This document shows, piece by piece, positions 18,139 to 27,075 of a DNA stretch of 64,000 nt. Both the position numbers and the translations under genes were made by a program. Below the pieces are notes generated by a model. That model ran no database searches. It was given only the letters and a program-made list of their open reading frames with translations, and was not told the origin of the DNA. Every line of letters starts with the position of its first letter. Positions within the stretch are counted from its first letter, which is position 1. This DNA comes from Desulfobacterales bacterium (GTDB lineage Bacteria > Desulfobacterota > Desulfobacteria > Desulfobacterales > UBA5852): positions 2,464,001 to 2,528,000 of the forward strand of contig CAXXVS010000003.1 of the NCBI GenBank assembly GCA_963674755.2. Direction: 5' to 3'.

Positions 18139-20028
18139 GATGGCCGCGTAAAAAATCAGGCGGCCAATTTGTAGCTTTCTGGATATCTTCCCGACGAATT
18201 TGTCCAAGCGAAGGCAAATTCCACCAGAGCGGCCTGTAAACGTTCTTTGACACGATAAACAGCAGTCGTAATACGGTGATCAAGGCCCGGATTACCCTCT
18301 GCGGCCTTCATTCTGGCCCTGCGAACCCGGGCCGCCCGTAGCAGATTGAGCCCGGTGGCCTTCATTTTGGCACAGAAGCGCACCGCCGGCATGCCCCGAA
18401 CCCGTAGCTTTTTGACCCCGGTGCGCCGATCATATTCGCTCATGGTGGCCTCCACACCGGCCCGCCAGCGATAGGTGTCAATGAAAGCCTCGCTTTTCTC
18501 GGCCTTGCGACGCACCGATAGGCGATATTGCTTTCCGCTGTAGCGCAGATAGTTCTTCTTTTTCCCAGGCTTGACCGGGCAATGACCCGCATGCGGACAT
18601 CCCTGGCAAAGCGTGGAATCGAAGGCCGCGCTGTAACAATCGGTTTTCTTCTTGTGCTTCACCTGCTCGGGAACGTGACCCGCCGGACAGGTCTCGACAT
18701 AGCCCTTGTCATTAAAGCTAAACGCCGTGAGCGGCTTGGACTCATTGCCCTTCTGGGTCGGGGCGACAAGGTCGACATCGGCCACTTGGGCCGTCTGGTG
18801 GTTACTGTCACTGCCGTACAAAGTGTCGGCGACCAACTGATCGGGCCCCACACCCCGGATCTTGGTATCGGCGATGGCCGGCACCACGGCCTCCGCATCG
18901 CTCTCGCAGGCGGGTTGAACTTCGACATGGGTAATCAGGTTAAGCGCCTGCTCTTTTTCATTGGCCTCTTCACTGCGGCTGAAGCTCTCCATGATCTGGA
19001 CCTGATAGCCCTGGCCCTTGTGGCCGCTGTAGGTGGCCTCCGGGTCCGAAGGGTTTTGCAATGAGTCGGAGGGGATCTCGGCCGGCTTCTTTATCGTTAC
19101 TTGGGGGGCACCGGCGGCATCGGTCTCGACATGGCATTGATCGGCGAGCACCCGCTGCATGAGCTTGTAGCTGTGCATGAAAGCCACCGCCGTTTGGTCC
19201 TTGAAGCCCTCGATCAGATCGAACAGATCATTGCTGACCCGTTTTAACGTCTTTTCCGATTCCGTGGGTTTAACCAGAGAAAAGGCGGATAGGGCCTTCT
19301 CACCCCAGTAACGATCAATCACATCAGAAGCGATCGTATCGAACAGCTCTCGGTGGTGGCGTTTGAGATTGACCAGGAACTTGGCGATCGTGCGGCTGAA
19401 AATGGCAATACGGCCCAGCCGGCGCATGTTGGAGCGGATGTGTACCGAGTCGATGCGCTGGTTGGAAGGATCTACACCGAACACTTTGGCCAATTTGTCG
19501 GTGAGCTTTTCGAACATGACCCCGTCAATGCCATTTTCGGCCATCAGCTGGCGGGTCGACCACAGGGTCTTTTCGCTGACGTATTTGGCCTCGTCGCTTT
19601 CTTCAGTGATGTCCAGAGCATAATGCCACTGGAGGTTGTAGGCCAGCTGCTCGACGGCCTCGACATCGTTTAAATCCATGGTTTGCTGGAAAAGCATCAC
19701 TCCCAGCAGGGTATGCAGTTCCTTGGTGGGCCGCCCTATGGCTTCAGTGAAGAAGGGTTTTAACAGATCGACGGGAAGTTCTCCGAGCAGATGCTGGCGG
19801 AACAACCCGGGCCAGCCCTCTTCGAGCATCCGGCGCCGTTTGGGGCTCAAATAGGCCCACGGGTCGAAGAGATGTTGCTGTTTGTGGTCTTTGATGCGAA
19901 GCATGCGATCTCCAGGATAACCATCTGTAATTGTTTGGTTTCCTGTAGCATGACGAGAAGAAAATGGCAAGCTGAAATTGGGCGTTTTGTTAAATAATTC
20001 AGGCGGATAGACTTTTTACGATGCCATC
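18139..20028 (-). mobile_element. Complete insertion sequence (IS1182-like), 1890 bp
   Basis: TIRs GATGGCCGCGTAAAAA / TTTTTACGATGCCATC; 6 bp target duplication AAAGAT at 18133-18138 and 20029-20034. Family assignment is from transposase size and motifs. Confidence 0.88.
18156..19904 (-). CDS. DDE transposase
   Basis: RIDSVHI, QNPSDPEATYSGHKGQGY, ADTLYGS, a Cys cluster and YRWRAGVEAT. Confidence 0.92.
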   Translation of the reverse strand: MLRIKDHKQQHLFDPWAYLSPKRRRMLEEGWPGLFRQHLLGELPVDLLKPFFTEAIGRPTKELHTLLGVMLFQQTMDLNDVEAVEQLAYNLQWHYALDITEESDEAKYVSEKTLWSTRQLMAENGIDGVMFEKLTDKLAKVFGVDPSNQRIDSVHIRSNMRRLGRIAIFSRTIAKFLVNLKRHHRELFDTIASDVIDRYWGEKALSAFSLVKPTESEKTLKRVSNDLFDLIEGFKDQTAVAFMHSYKLMQRVLADQCHVETDAAGAPQVTIKKPAEIPSDSLQNPSDPEATYSGHKGQGYQVQIMESFSRSEEANEKEQALNLITHVEVQPACESDAEAVVPAIADTKIRGVGPDQLVADTLYGSDSNHQTAQVADVDLVAPTQKGNESKPLTAFSFNDKGYVETCPAGHVPEQVKHKKKTDCYSAAFDSTLCQGCPHAGHCPVKPGKKKNYLRYSGKQYRLSVRRKAEKSEAFIDTYRWRAGVEATMSEYDRRTGVKKLRVRGMPAVRFCAKMKATGLNLLRAARVRRARMKAAEGNPGLDHRITTAVYRVKERLQAALVEFAFAWTNSSGRYPESYKLAA

Positions 20029-20599
20029 AAAGATAAGCTTCAGAAGTTAGGAAAGTTAGAAGATATATATGCCAAGATTGAAAATGACGTTAAACGATCA
20101 GCTGTATTCTCCCTCTCAAAAGAGGAAAATAATGTATTAATGTGGTCGCACTACACAGAGAGTCATACTGGTTTTTCATTAGGTTTTACTTTGTCCAAAT
20201 CATTTACCGAATATAATGAATCAAAAGCAATTATTGGTAAAAACGACGTCCACTATTCTGAAGATAATCCGTTTGTTGATTATTTTATTGAATTTGCAAA
20301 ATGTACTCAGCTACCTGAATGGAATGAATTCTGGGTATCGCTATTGTCAATGGGGTTAGTTGTCAAATCTAAAGCTTGGGAATATGAAAATGAGGTGCGA
20401 ATTATAAGAGGGAAGCCAGGCAAGGTTCAGTTTTCACCTTCTGAACTTAAAGTTGTAATTTTCGGGTTAAATTTGACACCCAAAAAAAGAATGAAGATAC
20501 GAAATATACTATCTGATCATGAATGGAGTCATGTACAAATAAAAGAAGTTATCAGAGAAGATGATGGTTTTAGGTTAAAGGTGGTAAATTGTTAAGGAA

Positions 20600-20659
20600 A
20601 TATAACCAGCGACTGCTCCCGACGCTCGTTCCTCGCGCCGGAGAGCAGCGACGTTCGAC
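20600..20659 (+). other. attC site 11
   Basis: ATATAAC...CTGCTCCCG..CCGGAGAGCAG...GTTCGAC. Confidence 0.82.
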
Positions 20660-20716
20660 TCCAACAAAGAATGTACAAAAAATCATTTGGGAATAGATAA
20701 CAATAATGGGCGTGAT

Positions 20717-20778
20717 GGGGTCAAGTCTGCCCATGACCCAATTAAATTTCAAGATGAGTCATGAGCAGACTTGACCCC
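20717..20778 (+). repeat. Palindromic element P4 (62 bp)
   Basis: Consensus copy. Confidence 0.95.
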
Positions 20779-20812
20779 AAGAACCTTTGATTCCTCGGAG
20801 AATAGTATAGAT

Positions 20813-21571
20813 ATGAACCGCATACTCAAAAGGTCATCAATCCGCCGATCGACGGATCAGGATCTCGCTCAAGTTCACACATGGCTCATTGAAGAGAATG
20901 AGCAGGGTGTCCATGGCAACTTTCTCTGCAACTGGAGGGTCATAGATAGGGCCCATAAAAATAGAAACCTATTAGTCTATATCGACGGCGCGGTTGGTCA
21001 ACCTGTCGGATTTCAGCTTGGCGGACTCTTAAGCCCCGGCATTCTCCAGGTGCGCAATTCATTCCGAGGGAAAGGCATTGGCCGGAAGCTGGTGGAGCGA
21101 TGCTTCTCGCTCGCAAACAAACGCAACGAACCCTGCCTTTTGATTCAGTGCATCCCTTCCTCATCGATTCTGTTTTGGAAGAAAATGGGATTCACCCTTT
21201 TGGATAAGAACAGGTACGGTGAACATTATGCCTATCGAGTGGTGAACAAGAGCCATAGGCTTCCAGAACAAGGCACCGATATTGACGACGCCATCGCATT
21301 TTATCCAGAGTCAAGGAGATGGGAGGTCAACGAAAAACCATATTCATATTTCTCTCCATCCGCCAGAATCGATTCAGATGGTGTTATACACCTCGGGCAA
21401 CGCGTAATTTTTCATGAAAAGACCTCTCCGAAATACGAGGATGTATTGGTGGGAATGGAAATATCAGGCGAACCTGCTTATCTTGATAAGGCGAAATATC
21501 AGCAGACGCGTGATATGGGCGTAGAGAGGTGCCAAAACGGGTACTATATTGACCTACTTAGGGTTTCCTGA
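20813..21571 (+). CDS. GNAT-family acetyltransferase (C-terminus altered by IS insertion)
   Basis: FRGKGIGRKL and FWKKMGF motifs. The original end LLRGLMRGHIV* continues after 23263. Confidence 0.8.
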   Translation: MNRILKRSSIRRSTDQDLAQVHTWLIEENEQGVHGNFLCNWRVIDRAHKNRNLLVYIDGAVGQPVGFQLGGLLSPGILQVRNSFRGKGIGRKLVERCFSLANKRNEPCLLIQCIPSSSILFWKKMGFTLLDKNRYGEHYAYRVVNKSHRLPEQGTDIDDAIAFYPESRRWEVNEKPYSYFSPSARIDSDGVIHLGQRVIFHEKTSPKYEDVLVGMEISGEPAYLDKAKYQQTRDMGVERCQNGYYIDLLRVS

Positions 21572-23257
21572 ATAATGTCTTTTGCGCCGTATATCCTATC
21601 GCTACTGAGGTTTTACGGCCTGCAGAAGCCAACGAGACCAATGTCACCACCGAGACAAATACGGCAATATCGCCTTGCAGGAGGCTTAATCCAGCGGCTG
21701 GGAGCCCAGATAGTAGATGTGAGGCACGAAAAGAGCGCAAAAAAATGGCTCTTGAGCCACTTCTCCAGATTCATCACCAAAAAGGTTATCAGGATCGCCG
21801 CCTCGGAGGTGATATCGAGCTTGCACATGATCCGAGATAGGCTGAAGCGCCGCTTGCCTTGCCCGAACTTGCCTTCGATCGGTATCCGATCCAACTCGTC
21901 TTGGCGGGCTTGCTTGGCGATAGCCTGTCGCTTTGTGACATCAGCCGGCGGCCGGCCCAATGGCGGACCGGAAAGCCGAATGCCGTGCTTCTTGCAAAAC
22001 TTGCGGTTGTCCCGGGTGCGGTAGATCGTATCGGCGTGGACCGATTCCGGATAATGGCCAAAACGTGTGCGGTACGCCTCGATCTGATCGATCAGATCGC
22101 CGGACTCGTTGAAGGCATCCCAACTGATGCGATCCACAAAGGAGAAGCCGTCAATCAGGCTGGCAGATATCTTGGCTCCAAACTCAGTGGCCGCTCCGGC
22201 CTTTCCGCGCTTGATAGGTCGGACGTGGGGCTGTGAGACGCTCACGATGCGATCATCGATTCGAGTCTCACGGTGATCATAAAGCCATTGCTGCTGGCGA
22301 TAGACTTCATGGATGACCAGCAGGTTCTTGTAATGGCGCGGCTTGAGAACCGTAAGTGGCGTTTGACGGGACAATTTCTCAATCGTCTTCAAGTTACGTT
22401 TAAGATAGCCTAACTGCTTTCGCAGCGCCTTTCTCATCTTGTTCTTTGATAAACGTTTGCTCTTGGCGGCGGCAAGAAACGCTTTGCGGGCCACTTTACG
22501 GTAAGTGCGCGGCTTGTTCTGTTTTCCCTTGAGTGGCTTGTGCAGAATATCAATGATTTCTTCGCTTTTTTCACGAGCCGTGTTCAGCATTTTCAGATCA
22601 GTTGGAAAGGTAATGTCCGCCGGTGTGCAGGTGGCATCCACAAGCAGCTTGCCACGATTATCTGATGCGCCTCCTGCCAGATCGCTATCGTCATTAGAGT
22701 CCTTGGATGGCGCTGCTTTCTTTTCGGATTCAAGAGCCTTGCTGGCAATCCTTTCGTTGATCTTGGCGAAGCGCTTCTTTCCGAAGCGTTTTCTGAAGTA
22801 AACGAACAGCGACGGATCGAACGGTTTCTCGTCCCGGTAAGCCTTGTAGCCCAGAAAGTACTGCAGGTACGGATTCTCCCGGATCTGCTCCACGGTTTCC
22901 TCGTCGCTGGTGCCCAAGCGCTCTTTGATGATCAGCGCACCTAAGGCCACCCGCACTGATTTGGCCGGTGGCCCCAAACGTGAATTTCTAAAGCTTTTGC
23001 GGTAGGCTTTTTCAAACTCCGCCCAAGGGATGAACTTAGCCATCTTCACCCAGCGATTGTCGCTGCGCAGCCGACCGTCGAAAGGCAGGGCGAAATCTTC
23101 GAATTCCAATTGCCGTTGATTGTGTCGATACATGGGAAAGTCCGGAAAAAGTGCAAGGGTTTTGGGTAAAATGAAGGGGATTGCTTTTCACTTTTCCGAA
23201 TATTTATGACATATATTGACAATATATTCAATGACTTATTTGTTATTCAGGAAGCCC
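21561..23257 (-). mobile_element. Complete IS5-family insertion sequence, 1697 bp
   Basis: TIRs GGGTTTCCTGAATAA / TTATTCAGGAAGCCC; 6 bp target duplication TACTTA. Confidence 0.9.
21613..23133 (-). CDS. IS5-family DDE transposase
   Basis: LLVDATCTPADI, HADTIY and RIPIEGKFGQGKRRF. Confidence 0.93.
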   Translation of the reverse strand: MYRHNQRQLEFEDFALPFDGRLRSDNRWVKMAKFIPWAEFEKAYRKSFRNSRLGPPAKSVRVALGALIIKERLGTSDEETVEQIRENPYLQYFLGYKAYRDEKPFDPSLFVYFRKRFGKKRFAKINERIASKALESEKKAAPSKDSNDDSDLAGGASDNRGKLLVDATCTPADITFPTDLKMLNTAREKSEEIIDILHKPLKGKQNKPRTYRKVARKAFLAAAKSKRLSKNKMRKALRKQLGYLKRNLKTIEKLSRQTPLTVLKPRHYKNLLVIHEVYRQQQWLYDHRETRIDDRIVSVSQPHVRPIKRGKAGAATEFGAKISASLIDGFSFVDRISWDAFNESGDLIDQIEAYRTRFGHYPESVHADTIYRTRDNRKFCKKHGIRLSGPPLGRPPADVTKRQAIAKQARQDELDRIPIEGKFGQGKRRFSLSRIMCKLDITSEAAILITFLVMNLEKWLKSHFFALFSCLTSTIWAPSRWIKPPARRYCRICLGGDIGLVGFCRP

Positions 23258-23396
23258 TACTTAGGGGCCTAATGCGGGGACATATCGTTTAGTTCCGATT
23301 GCTACGCTTGACCAATTCCGCCAACCAATGCAGGCAATGGACACACAGTAAGCGTCGCGCTGCGGCAGGGTGCCGCAGTGGATTTGGGCGCGTAAT

Positions 23397-23499
23397 GGGG
23401 TCAAGTCTGCCCATGACCCAATTAAATTTCAAGATGAGTCATGAGCAGACTTGACCCCAAGAACTGACCCCTGACCCCAAGAACTGACCCCAAGAACTG
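23397..23499 (+). repeat. Palindromic element P5 (23397-23458) plus tandem stutter of its right end
   Basis: Consensus copy followed by AAGAAC-TGACCCC-TGACCCCAAGAAC-TGACCCCAAGAAC-TG. Confidence 0.95.
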
Positions 23500-23612
23500 C
23501 CTGTTTGGTCAGAGAGCGTTGCTGCTGGCAGTCGGGATTACGTGGAGCAGGACGCCCAGGGGGACGCCCATGAAATTATGCCTTTCTATGGTGTAAGATA
23601 GGGCCGGAAACC

Positions 23613-23904
23613 GGGTCGGACCAAGTCAACTATTCGATATAAAATGTGATACGCTCTGAAATCACCCCAAAAAGGTCCCGATAACTGCATTTTTGACCTC
23701 GAAATCGGCGTTGCACGAAATCCGTAATCATGGCACGCGCTCATCGGCATTTTATACCCAGGCAGGTTTGGCATCTGACGCACCGATGTCATAAGCGGGA
23801 ATTCTTGCTGGTCGGAGAGCATTGCCGTCGGCAGTCAGGCTTATGTCGCGAGGCTTGGTGAGGTGCTGGGAGGTATGGCCCACATTCCATTCGGTAGGGT
23901 ATAA
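23613..23904 (+). pseudogene. Internally deleted RAYT-like (Y1 HUH) transposase with its left end
   Basis: Left end GGGTCGGACCAAG at 23613. ATG at 23730 gives MARAHRHFIPRQVWHLTHRCHKREFLL, fused out of frame to WSESIAVGSQAYV. I recognise these as the N- and C-terminal motifs of REP-associated tyrosine transposases. Confidence 0.75.
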
Positions 23905-23931
23905 TAAAGGAATAGGTTCATATGCAAAAAA

Positions 23932-24053
23932 GGGGTCAAGTCTACATTTGACTGTTACCTCATGATTTGGTGACATTGCAAGGGCGCACCAAAAAACCTT
24001 GTTAAAATTGGATTCCGTGAGGGAACCATCTCAAAGTCAAATGGACATGCTCC
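23932..24053. repeat. Related palindrome with a long loop
   Basis: GGGGTCAAGTCTACATTTGACT ... AGTCAAATGGACATGCTCC (degenerate right arm). Confidence 0.65.
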
Positions 24054-24057
24054 ATTA

Positions 24058-25449
24058 TCATGAACTTGATCTGACGTCGCAGTTTTCCACGATCCTTTTA
24101 TGGGGTTTGTACATTTCAGTTTTTATTCTGCTGTAGAACTCTTTTCTGAATCCCGGGATTTTGGTCAGAAGCATCACGACGGCGTTGATCAACCTTGATT
24201 TGTAGCGCTTGTGCGGGAAATCAAATGCCCCGTTATTTTTATAGTACCTGTAGTCCGCCTGGAAGACATGGCGCAGCTTGCCCCAGATATCGTCCCGGAA
24301 GATTTTTGAGCCACCGACGCCTAAAAAGGTTTGCGGCTGGCAATAGGCGTTATTTGAAAATGTGATCAAATGCTCAGCCAGTTTTTGGATACTGGCGTCA
24401 ATTTCATCGGAATTGCCGGTCTCATCGCAAACGATACCGGCGAAATTGGCTTGCTGGCATTCAAAGAAACCCTGACAGAAATCGTATAAATACGGCATCT
24501 GGCTCATCCGGCCGGAAACGAGGAAGCCCACCTGTTTGTCTTTCAGATCCGGGACGTGATTCATAAAAAAACGCCGGTCGAAATATTCCTTGAATTTGGA
24601 CGACATGTTTCGTCCGGTCAGTGGCATGGCAAAAATTACGACATCGGCAGGTAGAATCCTGGACCGATAAAAAGAGGAAAAGTCATCTTTGTACATGCAG
24701 CTATTGTCATAGCCGCACTTGATGCATCCGGTACACCCCCCCTGAATATTCATATCTCTCAGATTTACGATGTCGATGGCTTCGGTGTAAGCCTCTGAGA
24801 ATCGCTTGATCATGGCCTGAATGCCCGTATCATGCGGTTTGTGGTCTGTCACCAAAACGATTTTCTTGTTCCCGGCATCCAATTTTCTTGAGACAACGGC
24901 CGGCTCGAAGGCGTAGTTATTTTGTGGGATGGGTTGATATCTTTTCTGATGGTGGAATTTTTGCTCTGAAGATTCAAAATAATTTTCTGCAAACTTGAGC
25001 AGTGTTTCCCTGCCGCGGCTTTTTCTGAGATCATCCATTTCGGCCGAAAAATAACCGATATAGTTCAGTTCAAGATCATCACAGACGGCATGCATATAAC
25101 GGTGCGCGGTATGGTCATAGAAATGGATAGACGTTGTCATGACAATGGTGGACTTGTTTTTGAACGCCTGAGCAACGTTGCGTTCATGGATAAGCTCGAT
25201 GAATCGCATGTATTGGGCCGGCACGAATAGTGTGTATACGGGTGTGGACCATATGATGCTGTCACAGGATTCGATATCGGCCATTATGTCGTTAAAGAGA
25301 TCATCATTCTTTTCGATTTTTTTTATCCGGCTTGAAATGTTGTGAAACAGGTATTCATGGTCGGGATAATGTTTTTGAATAAATTTTACATACTGCATGG
25401 TAACGCTGGGTTCACCCTTGGGGCTTCCATTTAATATGACGATCTTCAT
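24058..25449 (-). CDS. NAD(P)H-dependent oxidoreductase with two flavodoxin-like domains (iron-sulfur flavoprotein-like)
   Basis: LNGSPKG, STPVY and CTGCIKCGYDNSC motifs. Confidence 0.85.
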   Translation of the reverse strand: MKIVILNGSPKGEPSVTMQYVKFIQKHYPDHEYLFHNISSRIKKIEKNDDLFNDIMADIESCDSIIWSTPVYTLFVPAQYMRFIELIHERNVAQAFKNKSTIVMTTSIHFYDHTAHRYMHAVCDDLELNYIGYFSAEMDDLRKSRGRETLLKFAENYFESSEQKFHHQKRYQPIPQNNYAFEPAVVSRKLDAGNKKIVLVTDHKPHDTGIQAMIKRFSEAYTEAIDIVNLRDMNIQGGCTGCIKCGYDNSCMYKDDFSSFYRSRILPADVVIFAMPLTGRNMSSKFKEYFDRRFFMNHVPDLKDKQVGFLVSGRMSQMPYLYDFCQGFFECQQANFAGIVCDETGNSDEIDASIQKLAEHLITFSNNAYCQPQTFLGVGGSKIFRDDIWGKLRHVFQADYRYYKNNGAFDFPHKRYKSRLINAVVMLLTKIPGFRKEFYSRIKTEMYKPHKRIVENCDVRSSS

Positions 25450-25478
25450 AGCGGCCTCCTGTGATAGGCGTTTTTAAA

Positions 25479-25526
25479 GTTGACCCCGTCAACATTGTGT
25501 ATAGGGCATGAAATTGACAGTGTCAA
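25479..25526. promoter_or_regulatory. Two putative TetR operators
   Basis: GTTGACCCCGTCAAC and TTGACAGTGTCAA palindromes between the divergent genes. Confidence 0.65.
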
Positions 25527-25591
25527 CATTAAATGTTAATCAATGACCAAAAAAGTGAAGATGGCGCGTCTGATTAACCGGGGGGGCAACA

Positions 25592-26251
25592 TTGGCAACC
25601 AAGAAAAGCTACCACCATGGCGATTTACGCAAAAAACTGCTGGCCACCGCCCTTGAAATTATATCTGAACATGGACTTGAAAAAGTGTCCATGCGGGGGC
25701 TTGGGCACCGCATAGGGGTGTCGAGAACCGCACCCTACCGGCACTTTGCCGATAAAAGCGCGCTGTTATGTGCCATCGCGGAACAGGGGCATCAAAAATT
25801 GACAGCAGTGCTGAAAAAAGCCAACCAGCAGCTTTCCGATGATCCGCTGACAAGACTTACCAATACCGGCATTGGCTATGTCGAATTCGCTGTTGCCAAC
25901 CCGGTCCATTACAGGATCATGTTCGGTAATGAGATCCTGGAAAATAAACGAACCTCCGAACTCGTCAACGCCGCTGAAACGTCATTTAATGAATTGCTCT
26001 ATGCAGTCAAGGCCTGTCAGGAAGAAAAGCTTATCAAACCAATCAACCCCTATATTATAGCCAACACACTGTGGTCATTGACGCATGGCATATCCATGCT
26101 TTTGATCGATGGACAGATTCAGTCGGCCAATGCGTTCCGAGGGATGCCGGCAATGCTTCAACCGGGTATTGAAGCAGGCAAGATCGATGTGCGAAAGATC
26201 TTTGAATATAAGAGTGATATTTTATTCACAGGTCTTATGGCAGATTCCTGA
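25592..26251 (+). CDS. TetR/AcrR-family regulator
   Basis: YHHGDLR..GVSRTAPYRHFADK HTH and a C-terminal WSLTHG motif. Confidence 0.92.
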   Translation: MATKKSYHHGDLRKKLLATALEIISEHGLEKVSMRGLGHRIGVSRTAPYRHFADKSALLCAIAEQGHQKLTAVLKKANQQLSDDPLTRLTNTGIGYVEFAVANPVHYRIMFGNEILENKRTSELVNAAETSFNELLYAVKACQEEKLIKPINPYIIANTLWSLTHGISMLLIDGQIQSANAFRGMPAMLQPGIEAGKIDVRKIFEYKSDILFTGLMADS

Positions 26252-26266
26252 TGGCGCAATAATAAT

Positions 26267-26331
26267 GGGGGCAAGTCTGCGATAGCTTCCCATATGAAAA
26301 CCTATAAATTGAAAAGAGAAGACGACACCCC
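26267..26331. repeat. Degenerate related palindrome
   Basis: TAAT-GGGGGCAAGTCTGC ... AGACGACACCCC. Confidence 0.5.
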
Positions 26332-26366
26332 ATTTTTTTGTGATCGAAAAAATTGGGCATAAGATT

Positions 26367-26499
26367 GATGGAACCGTAAAAAGTCGAATTTCCTGTTTAA
26401 TCGTCATTCCGGCGAAAGCCGGAATCTTTTGATATCAGTGAGTTATAGATTTCGGATCAAGTCCGGAATGACAGATAGAAGACTTTTTACGAAACCACA
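26367..26499. mobile_element. MITE with ends resembling the IS1182-like element
   Basis: GATGGAACCGTAAAAAGTC / GACTTTTTACGAAACCA; internal GTCATTCCGGCGAAAGCCGGAATC...TCCGGAATGAC REP-like doublet. Confidence 0.72.
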
Positions 26500-26622
26500 C
26501 TCTTGTCCAAAAACGGGATCAAATGGAAGTAATCTAACAAAATCTTGAAAAAAAGCCCCCTTGTGAGGCATGGTTTAGCTGCGAGGAAAAACCGATAGCC
26601 AACAACAGGGAGGCAAAATAAT

Positions 26623-26684
26623 GGGGTCAAGTCTGCCCATGACCCAATTAAATTTCAAGATGAGTCATGAGCAGACTTGACCCC
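26623..26684 (+). repeat. Palindromic element P6 (62 bp)
   Basis: Consensus copy. Confidence 0.95.
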
Positions 26685-26694
26685 AAGAATCTCT

Positions 26695-26999
26695 GGCGTG
26701 GCGTTTTACAAGCAGGCCGATTTATGGTAGCCAAACTGTATACATCCCTTGCAGTTCAGCCGGCCTGTTATCCCGCATATTCGGGTGCGCTTCCTGCGCA
26801 CTTCTTCGAAATATACACGATGCAGCTTATAGAACATCGCTGCTGTTCTATAACACCGTTTCAAAATAGCCTATTTGGTGGATAAGAGAAATAAAACAGA
26901 GGGTTTATTGGAAAAGGATCATAAAGATAAATTGATGGTTATAGAACATTTTACGTTCTATAAGCCGCAATCGGAATGTTCTATAATACTATGTTATAT
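26695..26999 (+). other. attI-like site, copy 3, with its full leader
   Basis: 26695-26837 matches 6823-6965 and about 26865-26999 matches 12915-13047. Ends CTATAAT-ACTAT-GTTATAT. Confidence 0.75.
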
Positions 27000-27018
27000 G
27001 AAAAAATAAGGGAGTAAT

Positions 27019-27075
27019 GGGGTCAAGTCTGCCCATGACCCAATTACAAGGTGAGTCATGAGCAGACTTGACCCC
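27019..27075 (+). repeat. Palindromic element P7 (57 bp, short-loop variant)
   Basis: Loop ATTACAAGG instead of ATTAAATTTCAAGA. Confidence 0.95.

Larger units (their letters stand above)
17950..20595 (+). pseudogene. DUF2971-family cassette gene split by an IS
   Basis: LYKYR..FNDPVD on the 5' side and LMWSHY..KSKAWEYENEVR on the 3' side. Removing the IS and one AAAGAT copy restores a single frame (..STVKD|KLQKLG..). Confidence 0.88.
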
